Positions 23,600 through 33,947 of a stretch of DNA of 64,000 bases are shown piece by piece; the first letter of the stretch is position 1, and the number at the start of each line of letters is the position of its first letter. The translations under genes were made by a program, and so were the position numbers. The notes under the pieces are model-generated. The model saw nothing but the letters and a program-made list of their open reading frames with translations, was not told the origin of the DNA and made no database searches. This DNA is from Lophium mytilinum (Eukaryota). The stretch lies in the NCBI GenBank assembly GCA_010093605.1, contig MU004185.1, positions 2,191,334-2,255,333 on the forward strand, written 5' to 3'.

Positions 23600-25685
23600 C
23601 CACATCTACTAAAATCTGTCTCACGCGGTCGATTCGGTGGAAATTTGTAACAGAAGTGTACGATTTGTCTATACCGCCCACCCCGTGCTTGAGTGGTATA
23701 TCTTGAAGTCTCTAATGTGGACCGGGTTTAGACGCTGTGGTTGGGGGGTGGGAGGAACTGCGTGGAGGGTACGCGGTGGATCTTGGGGATTGGGGGTGGG
23801 GTTGGGTATGTGATGATTTGTAACTGGAGTACGTGTCTTGGCAGCGGAAGCGCTTTTGTGGTGTGTCTAAGGGCTTTGGAGATGGGCCTGATTTGGGTGT
23901 TGCGGTTAGAGGTTGGAAGGGAGTACGCGGAGGGTACGTGGTGTTAGTATGAAATCGGTGTATGCGGTTAGATATGTGATAACTTGTAACCAGACCGCCC
24001 GCTTTGGCAGCGGAAGCACTTTCGTGGTTTATCTAATAGCTTTGGAGATGGGCCTGATGTGGGCGCTGCGGTTAGGGGTTGAAAGGTATCAAGTAGGGGA
24101 TACACGACGTCTCTTCTAAAATCGACTCATGCGGTTGATTCTGTACAAACTTGTAACGGGAAGAGACCCACTCTCTGCCGGGGTGCCTTGGCAGTCTTCA
24201 ATTATGCTTTTGCCGGCGAGCTGATTCAGGCGCTGTACTTAAGAGTTGAAAGAATTGGCGGAGGTAAATGTTCACGCGGTTAATGCTGTAGAAACTTGTA
24301 ATTGAAACACGCGGGCTCTCTACTGAGGTGAAATCACGATCTTTTGGCTATCCTTTTGCTGGCGAGCTGATTCAGAAGTTCTATCTAGAGGGGAGAAAAG
24401 GCCACGCGAAGTGCACGCAGAGGGTGATTCGCGGCTGCTAGAAGCCAGCTCACACGGTTGATTCTGTAGAAACTTGTAACCGGAGAGGATAGGATCTCCC
24501 TAGAGATGTTTCACTACTTTTTCCTCTATCTCTTTTCCGCGGGCCTAAATTCAAGGCTCTAGTAATAGGGCTAAAAGTACCCTCCGCGCCTAGTAAAAAA
24601 TTGACTTACGCAGTTGTTCCGTAGCTTTTAGTAACCAGACTATGTTGCCTTTATACGGAGGAGCCCTGGCCCCTTCTTAAGATCCTTTCTTTTATCGGAG
24701 ACCTGATTTACGAGCTGTAAACTAGGGCACTTAGGGCAACTAATAAAGGTAGATAATGCGTACCCTCCGCGTCTATCTAAGAATCCATTACGCGGTTCGA
24801 TCTGTAACAACAAGTAACTAACAGAGGTTCAAAGCGTGAGTAGGTGCCTCCACAGGGGTTCGAGATTTTTTTATCGGTGGCCTAATCTAGGGTGTGCAGA
24901 TTAGAAGATGAAAGGGACTGAAAAGCTTGCACATTGCGTGCACGCCACGTCTAATAAAGCGACGGTCCGCGGTTGATTCTGTAACAACAAGTAACCGGAA
25001 GAGGTTGTAGGGTACCGGAGGTGTTTTAGTAGCTCGGTACTATCCTTTTTCCAATAACTAGATTCGTGAGCTTTAAACTAGAGGACGAAATATACTAGGA
25101 CTCACGCGGTTAATTCGGTAACAATAAGTAGCTAGAAGCGATAGACTTGCTTCAGCAGCTCACTGCCAACCTTTTTCCACCGACCAGATTTACACACTAT
25201 CAATCGGTAGATAAGAGTAAGCACACTTCGTCCAAGAAATCAAGGTTCATGCGGGTGAATCTGTAACAACAAGTAACCGGAAGAGACGGGCTTGCCTCAA
25301 TAGAGCTTATACTATCCCTTTTCCACTGACTAGATTTACGTGCTACTAACCAGAGGCTAAAAGTGACCACGCTGCGTCAAAAAACCAGGGCTCATGCGGT
25401 TGATTCTGTAAAAACAAGTAACCAGAAAAGACGGACTTGCCTCAGCAGAGCTCATTACGATCCTGTTTCCACCGACCAGAGTTACATCCTACCAAGCGGT
25501 ATATAAAAGTAAGCACGCTGCGTCCAAGAAATTAAAGGCTTGCACGGTTGATTCTGTAAAAACAAGTAACCAGAAAAGACAGACTTGCCTTAGCAGAGCT
25601 CATTACGATCCTTTTTCCACTAACTAAATTTACGTGCTACCATCCAGAGGCTAAAAGTGACCACATTGCGTGCCACGCCACCTAC
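23600..25685. repeat. Degenerate tandem array of 13 units (period about 137-182 bp) with a conserved core
   Basis: Core resembling GCGGTTGATTCTGTA(A/G)(C/A)AAC(AA/TT)GTAACC recurs at about 23625, 23798, 23964, 24131, 24276, 24454, 24610, 24792, 24969, 25106, 25251, 25396, 25544. A second motif (ATCCTTTT.CC...CTGATT) follows in most units. The ORF track is empty from 24120 to 25669. Confidence 0.85.
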
Positions 25686-25708
25686 CCGTCCCACGCTCAA
25701 CTCGACAC

Positions 25709-27016
25709 TCAAGCCTCACTGCACCACTCCTTCTTCCACAACCAAAGATACCCCTGGAAAACATCCGTATTCAGGTTTCCCCACGCACCCACGATGCCAA
25801 ACGGCGTGACCCACGCCCTCCATTCCCACGAGTGACCAGCGTGCCCACCGTGGACTGTAGTATACGTCTTGGCCAAATGGAGCAGGACTCGCCCATCGTC
25901 TGTTTCCCGAAGGGAGCCAAGCAGAGTAAATCCTCCAACCGAGTCGACGCCGGTGGTGCTTTCGATGACAGGTGCGCTCGTGTCCTCATAGCGGGTTGAG
26001 AAGACGATGGAGCGCATTGGCGGGTCGAATACGGTAATGCCGCGGCCGGCACGTCCTTGGCGGTCGTAGCTGTAGTAGCCTTCCCATTCGCCGGAGCACA
26101 TGAAGCCCGACTCTAGGAGGTTGTGGAGATCGATGTGCGGGAATAAGTTTCCGTAGGCCTCGGGGTCTTCGCAAAGTTGCATGGGGCCTGGCATGGCCAT
26201 GAACGTTGCGAACGGTATTTTGGATGGCAAAGGTAACAGAGCTGCTCTGCTTAACGCGCTTGCAGGCAAGCGGGTCAGAGTCTGTATATAGTGAATGAGG
26301 ATCGCCATAGAGTAGTCGTGCGGATTCATGTCCAGAAAAGAGCCAATCTGGGCGCGAAAAGCGGGGCGTTGGAAGTTGAGGAACATCATGCTCTCGAGCT
26401 CTGAGACGGCTCTTGAAAGAAGACGCTGCCTGGCAGCATGCGTACGACGGCTGTTGGAGACTGTGTTCTGTTCCAGTATCGCAGCGATGAAGGAGAAAGC
26501 TAAAGAACAGAAGCCTCGTTCCCCGCCCCACCTGGCGTATGTGGAGTCTCGAAACGTTTCAAGGTACCTCCATACCCCGACGGGGTTCGCCTGGAGCGCG
26601 CAAGGGTGATGAAGAGCAGTGAATTGAGGAAGCCAGAGGCGGATCTCTTCCCATTTCACGGGGTCTGCTAAGAGTTCAGGGGTTGTTGGAAACTCTGGAT
26701 CTTCCATCTCATTAAGCTCGAAGTCCTTGGACTCCCTGTACCAATCGACAGCTCTTTCCATCGCGAGCGCGGCTTGCTTGGTCTCAAGTAAGGTTCTACC
26801 TTCCAGCAGTGCGGCAGATACACTGTCACTGGGAAAGAGGCCCATATGCGATGTTTGCGCGATGTACTTGAACACCAGGCGGTCATCGCAGGCGTGGCGC
26901 AAGGTCTGACTGACCTGAACGAGGCATAGGGCTGAGGAGCATGACAGGAATCCGGCAATCTTGTGAAGAAGCTCTATCGGAAGCGCGTCTAACTTCGGTT
27001 GGTTGTTGGTGGCCAT
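25709..27016 (-). CDS. F-box domain protein
   Basis: N-terminal LDALPIELLHKIAGFL...LVQVSQTLR is F-box-like; C-terminal GEWEGYYSY...FDPPM...GVDSVGGF...WEWRAWVTPFGIVGAWG domain; intronless 435-aa ORF. Confidence 0.75.
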   Translation of the reverse strand: MATNNQPKLDALPIELLHKIAGFLSCSSALCLVQVSQTLRHACDDRLVFKYIAQTSHMGLFPSDSVSAALLEGRTLLETKQAALAMERAVDWYRESKDFELNEMEDPEFPTTPELLADPVKWEEIRLWLPQFTALHHPCALQANPVGVWRYLETFRDSTYARWGGERGFCSLAFSFIAAILEQNTVSNSRRTHAARQRLLSRAVSELESMMFLNFQRPAFRAQIGSFLDMNPHDYSMAILIHYIQTLTRLPASALSRAALLPLPSKIPFATFMAMPGPMQLCEDPEAYGNLFPHIDLHNLLESGFMCSGEWEGYYSYDRQGRAGRGITVFDPPMRSIVFSTRYEDTSAPVIESTTGVDSVGGFTLLGSLRETDDGRVLLHLAKTYTTVHGGHAGHSWEWRAWVTPFGIVGAWGNLNTDVFQGYLWLWKKEWCSEA

Positions 27017-27782
27017 GGCTGTGGTGATGTTTCTCGAGCGTGGGGAGATGATGCTCGGAGGTTTATGAGGGGCTAGAGGGCGCTAAGCTAGATAGGCGGC
27101 AAGGAACAAGAGCAACCTAGCACGGTAGCACGATAGTCAGATGTGAACGTGATCCGGCCAGAATACATACAGTGTGACCTGGTGATAGCAAGGTTAGTGT
27201 AATCTTACTATCGGATCCTATCGAATAGAAGATTGAACATACAGCATGTTCAAAGTGTGGCTAAGGAATGGTGAAGAAATCGGAGGCTCCAGGGATATCC
27301 AGCCGCGGCTTTGAGTGTGTCTAAAAGATGTCTGTCTTTAAATGAGGACAGACGTTAATCGCAAGGTTGGGAGTGGGTCAACTGTAGCCAAAAAGCTAAG
27401 CGTCTGTCGAACAACTGTTGAATGTACATACGTACACCTGATCGTCCCATGAACTGGCCTGGGAGCAGCGGACAACGGCACAAGACCCGATGATGAAGTC
27501 GGTAGCAATCACAAACCGCATGTGGTGAGTACACTATGTAAATCACCGTTCATTCCGTCAGCCCTAGATGTTACCGAGAATCTTAAATCACCTTAGACTT
27601 AAAGCTAAACATTAATTGGTAGTGCGGTGAAGAGCCGCTGGTTAGATATCGTGCTATCTCAAAAACTTAAGAATACCTGAGACGCGTCGCTTATATACTC
27701 GCTCGACACTACTGCAAGTAATAGCCTGGTTAGTAGATATCCGATCAGGCAAGAGACAGCCTACTTTCAAAGGCATCATCCT

Positions 27783-29784
27783 TTATATCATGTCCCCGTT
27801 CTGAAACCTCTCTAACAAGCCAACCTGCCAGGTCTTGAACATCCTTGCAGTCTCTGGCATCAGCATCCCACTCTCCATCAATGCATTTCTCAGCTCTTCG
27901 AAGACAAAAGCAGGAAACCTGACTTCTTCAACTAGAAATAAGTTCTGCTCTTCTTGTGAACTCGACGTACTAGGTGCTGACAGCTGGTAGAAGACCTTCA
28001 TCGCACGGGTAGGTTCAGGGTGTTGGGGTATTGCCGCACGTGTACCAGTAGACGATGTAGAGGATGAGAAGGTCAGGTCGGGCGTGAAGACCCATATCTA
28101 CATATTCGTATTAGCATAGGCCTGCATCTCCATATCTTGAGGCTCAATATTGGATTTAGGGTATACTAACCATGATTTTCTCTTCTCCACTGGTCTCGTC
28201 GTGATGGTCAGGCTTGACACAGAACTTTCTGACAGCTTGGTTCTCGATCAGGGATAGAAATTGCGCCGATATCCATTTCTGGGTGCTATATGTCGTGAAT
28301 TCAGGCTTCAGGGTCATGTCTGAGTCTGAATTCTGGGGTTTGTCTGGTCCTTCATCATAATCAGGGGCTTCTGCAATGGCTAAGCTCCATTTCCACAGCC
28401 TGAAGCCCTCAGCTCGATCGTCGACTTCACCGAGCTGAGCTTTGCATGTCTGGCAGAGCAGTTTAGACGGTCGAGATCCAGGAGACGCTGAGACCTACCT
28501 GAAGTCAGCACTGGGAAGGACAAAGGCAAACAGCACTGCGCAAAAGGTCAGAGGGGATGAACTGGTATTTGGATTGGATTTGAATTGAAGCAACCAAGCA
28601 TGTACTATGATCCTAATCCCACACTAACCCACGGACCTTGGGACGAGAGGTGGTGAAATGCCTAGCAATTGCCCTTCCAAGACACTACGGCCAACCGACC
28701 GATCCGGAGAAAGGTGGTTCAGCTCACGTAGGCAAGGTCGGAGCGTATCAATCTTGGGCTCTTGTATCGACGGCGCTGCCACGGAGAGCGAATGAAACGC
28801 CGCCTTCTTTGAGCCCGAAAACATGGTTTTTCGATGGCTTGAGAAAGAGAATGCGAGAGAATTTGGAGACGTGAGTGTTGAATGAATGGCACATTTGAAG
28901 TTTCGAGTAGCGTTAACAAAAGGAGAAGACCTTACCTCAATACCGCAACAATCGTCCTCTTTTAGTAGGAAGGTTCCTAAATCCACGAACCCGATGCCAC
29001 TTAGGGCCCTCAGTTGGTTCGCAGCTGCATAACCTTTACTCTTACCTCCGTCAGTTGCATTGCCGTGTCCATGGTCATGATCTGGGCGATGGCAATGCCA
29101 AAACTCCATCATCTCAGCCCAATTCTCGTTCGGCAGATCTCTCCACTCACCCACGCTCCCTTCCCGCACAGTGGGGTTCTCACAAATCTTACAAACGATC
29201 CTCACCTTTTCCCTCTTTTGTTGCGTCTCATTCAGGGCAGCCGCACCCCAGGGAACCCAGTTCCCCTCTCTCTCTACAGCTCTTCCGCCGGGACTGCCAA
29301 GCAAGCCTCCCTCATCCTCTGCGCTCAATCGCAAATTAATTTCCTTCCCCTCTGGCTTGCCTGGCAAGGCCAGCGCTGCCTCTGCACTACCGTCGTCGCC
29401 AGGCTTTAACCTTATTCGCACTGGCAACCGTATCCTTGCAACCTCTCCCTCGTGGCTTATGCTCACTTCAAACCCATCTGCAGAAAGCACGGCCCGCGTT
29501 TGTTGTGTGCGTGTTGTACGGAGGGAGGCAGAAAGCGTGACGGTGCGGATATTGAGGAGATGCTCAGTATAGATGGAGATTGATGTTGTATTGCGAGGCG
29601 GCTTGGGGCCTATGGCGGAGGATGGGTCGGTGAGGGAAAGAGAGGCAGGAGCTACATCGGAGCTTGGAGCAGCCAGAACGGGCGCGTTTTGTGCGGGTGG
29701 AGGTTGGGAAGTCAAGGCGGCGAGAGAGTCGGAGGGCAGGTCTAGGTCAGCGAAGGCAGATGGTGGGAGTGCATTCGTTGGCAT
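27783..29784 (-). CDS. HECT-like (HECT_2) E3 ubiquitin ligase, Ipa1/UBE3D homolog
   Basis: IYTEHLLNIR, CKIC, WRDLPNENWAEMMEFWHCH, CQTC, LWKWSL, IWVFTPDL, MKVFYQ, ARMFKTWQVGLL. Introns 28495-28935 (441 nt) and about 28098-28170. Confidence 0.85.
28598..28820 (-). ncRNA. Putative intronic box H/ACA guide RNA (snR81-like; predicted target U2 snRNA U42)
   Basis: Hairpin: lower stem GGGCTC (28816-28811)/GAGCCC (28761-28756), upper stem GGCGGCG/CGCCGTC, pocket strands AAAGAA and GATAC complementary to U2 GUAUC-UG-UUCUUU. Imperfect H box AGATTG 14 nt below the pocket, second stem GACCTTG/CAAGGTC, candidate ACA at 28603-28601. Confidence 0.65.
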
Positions 29785-30409
29785 AGTTGGTTGGAGGTGT
29801 GAAGGAAGCTTGTCGTGGGATGGAGCTTGACGTTCGAGCCCCAGATATAAAATGAGATGACTAAGCAGCATAACGACTAAGTAACGCATCACACTTCCTA
29901 CTCCTCTACTCATCCTATTTCAATACTCTGAACCGCGTCCACGAAAAGAGTTCACATTTGATTACCGTGGTCTCACATTGTGTACACCAAATAATCATCC
30001 AAGCTAAGTGCGTGATATCGGATGCCTAGCTCCAGTTAGAAACGTCAGGCTGACAACCCCACTCTGCATCCTTTCCATTAAGGCTTCCTAAGTCTAATTT
30101 TGTCTTAATTCTCTACCCTGTAATGTATGGGGATACATCTATTATCCTCTTGTGTCGATTTAGCCGATACAAGTGCCGCAACCGCGACTGGAGCAGAAAA
30201 AGAGCAGTCCGTATGTCTCGCCCTGCCATGCCGATGTCGAAGCCGCGGAACCAGCACTGGACCATATAAGGTAAGCATAATACTATCGTATCCTGGGGAT
30301 GAGACTCACTTCCATTCTCAACTCCATCTCCTTCGTTCGTATCTTCATAAAACCAGATGCTCATCAGTGGCATCGTCGATGGACCCAATGCTGAAGCCGA
30401 GAAACGTCG

Positions 30410-30757
30410 GTGCTCTGTCTTAAGTCTGTCTTCGGAGTTGATTTAGCGGCTCTCGAGAGTGATGGGGGTTGCGAGCATCAGCCAACCCTCAGTTCGCTGC
30501 TTCAGAGCGCATCAAGCTGCATCTTGTGCCATCTCATTGCGGAGTACGTGAAGCGCCCGAGCTTGTGGCCTTCAAATTATGGTCACCGGCATGTCCGCTT
30601 AGTCTCCCGTAAGCACTATTCAAGTAACAAAGAGGTGAAGTCTTGCTGCTCTTCGCGTCCAGCATGTGGACGCCTGCTGTGGTTCGAAGTCCTCCCGACA
30701 GTTGAGAGGGAACTCAACTGGGCACAACTTCTTAGGGTTGCCGCTCAAGGTGAGTAG
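30410..30757 (+). pseudogene. Fragment resembling the N-terminal HxxxxxxL..SA..CxxC region of HET-domain proteins
   Basis: EHQPTLSSLLQSASSCILCHLI parallels HHETFATLQAAVEEGCFIC of the HET gene at 11 kb; no ATG start and no HET core is visible downstream. Confidence 0.35.
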
Positions 30758-31301
30758 TTTTTGATTCAAGGTTCGCACCAACTACGTTTCAGAGGACAAA
30801 AGGTCCAGGGGAGACTGACCTTAGAAGACTTATACAGCCAAGGCACAGTACCGCGACCTGTGAAGGAGCGAATAGCATTTCATAGACCTGATATAGATAT
30901 GACTACTTGGGATCCTAGGCGCCCTTTTGAAGTATAATCGAGGCACTTTTGACAATCTAAAGAAGCGCAGTTACACTGGGAAAAAAATCATTTCGGGTAG
31001 GAGGTTCTGGGAGGTTCTTGGCGCACTTATTAGTGTTAAGCTTAGTCTGACCTCTTCCTTTTGACATTCTCTCATTTTGGTCTAATACTTTCGTAATCAG
31101 GTCGTTCTTTGATGGGTGTCTTGCTTTTCCTATGAAGGATTTGAGCTCTATTAGCGGAACGTGCGGACTTACATTTCCCCATGGTACACATTCACCTCTT
31201 AGCGTTCTCTGCAGTTGCTAAGTCAGAGTGTGGCGCCACTTTTTAGGCTACAAGTAGTAGTTTATTTCTCTTTACTTTCAATTCAAAAGATGACCCGTAC
31301 G

Positions 31302-31443
31302 GTCTCCTAATGGCTTAGTGGAGCTGACACCCAGGGTACAACATACAGTATCTCCGTCGCCGCTCCTATACTAAGCCAAGCGGATTCGAAATCGACCCGT
31401 CTTGAGAATTAAATGGTGCTGGGTTCGAATCCTGGCGGGGATG
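31302..31443 (+). pseudogene. Degenerate tRNA-like element (pseudogene or tRNA-derived element)
   Basis: A-box TGGCTTAGTGG (31311-31321), B-box GGTTCGAATCC (31422-31432) in a CTGGG/CCTGG stem, 3' CGGGGATG, T-run at about 31459. No clean D or anticodon arm could be folded. Confidence 0.4.
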
Positions 31444-31998
31444 GAAAAGCGGAACATGTTTTTTTTGTCTTTTTGTCTTTGCCCGTCCGTACTACCTCAT
31501 TCACCCACTCATGGACGCTCAATGGCCTCAATCTTTTCCTTATTAAGTAGTAATTGAGCCTTTCCCGTTGCGTGTGCGCGCAGTAATCGCTGAACGAGCA
31601 GCTCGGACGCGCAGATGCCCAGCTACCCAACTTCGCGAGTGAATAATCTTGCCATCGAGGTTTCCAACCTTTGTTAACCTTTTCCTCACTCACATCGTAA
31701 CTCATCAAGGAGCAACGCAGTTAACATTAGATTTGAAGCTCAAGCAGTGCAACTTCTAGCTAACCTCAATTCAGACTCTGCTTCCCCGACTATATGAGGT
31801 GCTCGCACGACGACTACTAGCAACTCTCGACAAAGGCAATACATTCACCAGCCTTAGCTCCCAAATTTTATGACGTATCGCTAGGCTTGACCTCATCCTT
31901 AGCAATTTAGTCTTAACTTGTCACAACCCAGTTAACTGTCATTACCAGCCACTGACAACACTGAGCTGGTTTTCACCCGAAGCGACGACTCGAGCGCT

Positions 31999-33310
31999 AT
32001 GGAGCGTCAGGACAAGATCGAAGAGATTCGAGAGCTCAAAGCTGGGCTATCCAGTGTGAATACAGAATGCCAACTCAAGGCGGAAAAGTTAAGGGCTGCG
32101 TACAAAACGGCGAAGTATCTAGCCGACGACGCACGGCGCAAGGAAGAAGTGAGTTTAACGTTCTTGTCGGTCCTCAAAACCGTGAAGACGGCAGGATTTT
32201 GCGTCTCCTTTCAAGATTATACTAATTCAACCCTATGTTTAGGCTTGCGACGCCCTCTTGCGAGACTTGGAAGACACCAACAAGACGCCTGACATGACCA
32301 TCGCGTCGCTGAAGCCCGCCTTCGTTGATCATACAGTTGGTCCAGATTCCGGGTTCACTGATAACACGTCTGATCACATCCTCCCTTTCCAGCACGATCA
32401 TCATCAATGGCCGACCGTTGTGGAAAGCGAGGAAGGCCTTTGGATGGAGATAAAATGCCCCATCTGCGGTGGAAACGCAGTGCCTGCAGGCGGCCCGAAG
32501 TCGAAGTTGAGGTTCCTGAAAGGAGTCGGAGGGATGCGTAGACACTTGTGGGATGCGCACCGGAAGAAGTATCGGAGCAATGCTATACTTCGCGTCGCGT
32601 ACTCTAGATCGCTCACGGCAAAAGAGGTGTATAACCTAAACTTCAAACACACGAAGGACCATTGGGAGGTCCACGGCGTTCGTTGCTTCAGCCCAGAACG
32701 TGACTTCAGGTCGAATGACAACACTGAACCCATCGATGTACCAAATCCGATCAAAGCGAAGAAGATTACCCGAACGACTCCGAGCCCTACATCCGAGGAG
32801 GAGCGGCTACGTGAAGATCTGATACCAGAATACCCTGATCCTACACACCCCGACGGCTCCGTACAGCCTCCTCCATGGTACCCTACCCTCGTCAAAGCGG
32901 CTAGCGGAAACTACAGAGATCTGAAGTGTTGTATCTGTGGCGCAAACTCCTGGAGATACGAGGACGGTACGGAGATGTTCTTCACTTTGAGAGGTACTCG
33001 CGGACTTCTGGCGATGTACCATCACGTTCGCCACGATCACAAGCTGAACATGCCGCCGTATTGGCGCGAAGAGTTGCTCGAGAAGTGTGCAAATGGGACT
33101 TATACTCAGGCTGACGTTCTTAAGATGTGGGATGAGGGCGAACATGGTAAGCAGAAGAGTGATTCTTTGAATCTGTGTAACACAGCTTACGCCAGGGCTG
33201 ACTCTCAAGCAGGCAAACATAGTTCTATCTCTCACGTCAGCACACCTTGGATCGGCAACATTCACGGTTCTCTATATGAGGAACACAATCCTCAATGTCC
33301 AATGTCTTGA
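31999..33310 (+). CDS. Hypothetical protein with an N-terminal coiled coil and two CxxC...HxxxH zinc-finger-like repeats
   Basis: Exon from 31999, intron about 32149-32242 (GTGAGT...ACTAAT...TAG), then ORF 32258..33310 with WMEIKCPICGGN...GMRRHLWDAH and YRDLKCCICGAN...AMYHHVRHDH. A further intron may start near 33147, so the 3' end is uncertain. Confidence 0.55.
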
Positions 33311-33646
33311 ACGTGCTGCTACTACTAGAATCGACGACTTGTAGCCGGGACAATGATGCGCGAAGGACTGATGGCACTGGTGTTTGTTACGGTGGATTAG
33401 ACCCGTAGGTTGAGGCTCTAGTGTAATACTTGGACGATGGAAAAGACCACAAAAGGGGCATTCGTGTGCAGGTGACGAACCGCGGCTTTGTCCTAAGCGT
33501 GCTTGTATAGTGAGCGAAAGAAGTCCCGGGACTGCATATAGTGTTAGGTCAGCAATCAAGGCACTTGGATACACTACAGCTCCGGCAATCCTCTTGCTTT
33601 CGTGACACCACTGTAAGGAGTGCTCTAGTTCATATGGCTTTGGCAA

Positions 33647-33860
33647 GTCAAAAGGTAGTCTGAATCCCACTGCATTGGCCTTCACATCGTATGTATAGTT
33701 TTTAAAGCCTAGCAGGGAACCCCGAACAGTTGCAAAGAGTGCCCTAGCGAATATGTCTTCACCATGTCAAAAGGTAGTCTGAAATCCACTGCATTGGCCT
33801 TCGCATAGTATGTAAAGTTTCTAAAGCCTAGCAGGGCACCCCAAACAGTTGCAAAGAGTC
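33647..33860. repeat. Imperfect direct duplication of about 95 bp (period about 119 bp)
   Basis: GTCAAAAGGTAGTCTGAA...CACTGCATTGGCCTTC...AAAGCCTAGCAGGG...AACAGTTGCAAAGAGT occurs at about 33647-33740 and 33766-33859. Confidence 0.85.
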
Positions 33861-33947
33861 CCAAAGACTATGCCTTGGTACTGCATATACCACTTCTCAG
33901 TTGAGCTAAAGAAATACAGTGTGAAGTTCAGGGATCGCTCGGAACTC

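Noticed and set aside
23600..25685. CRISPR array interpretation of the repeat-spacer pattern
   Set aside because: Fungal genome with no cas genes; repeats are long and degenerate, and the spacers are homologous to each other rather than unique.
28624..28935. C-terminal ~100 aa of ORF 28624..29913
   Set aside because: Read-through into the intron after GAG|GTAAGG; conserved protein sequence resumes at 28494.
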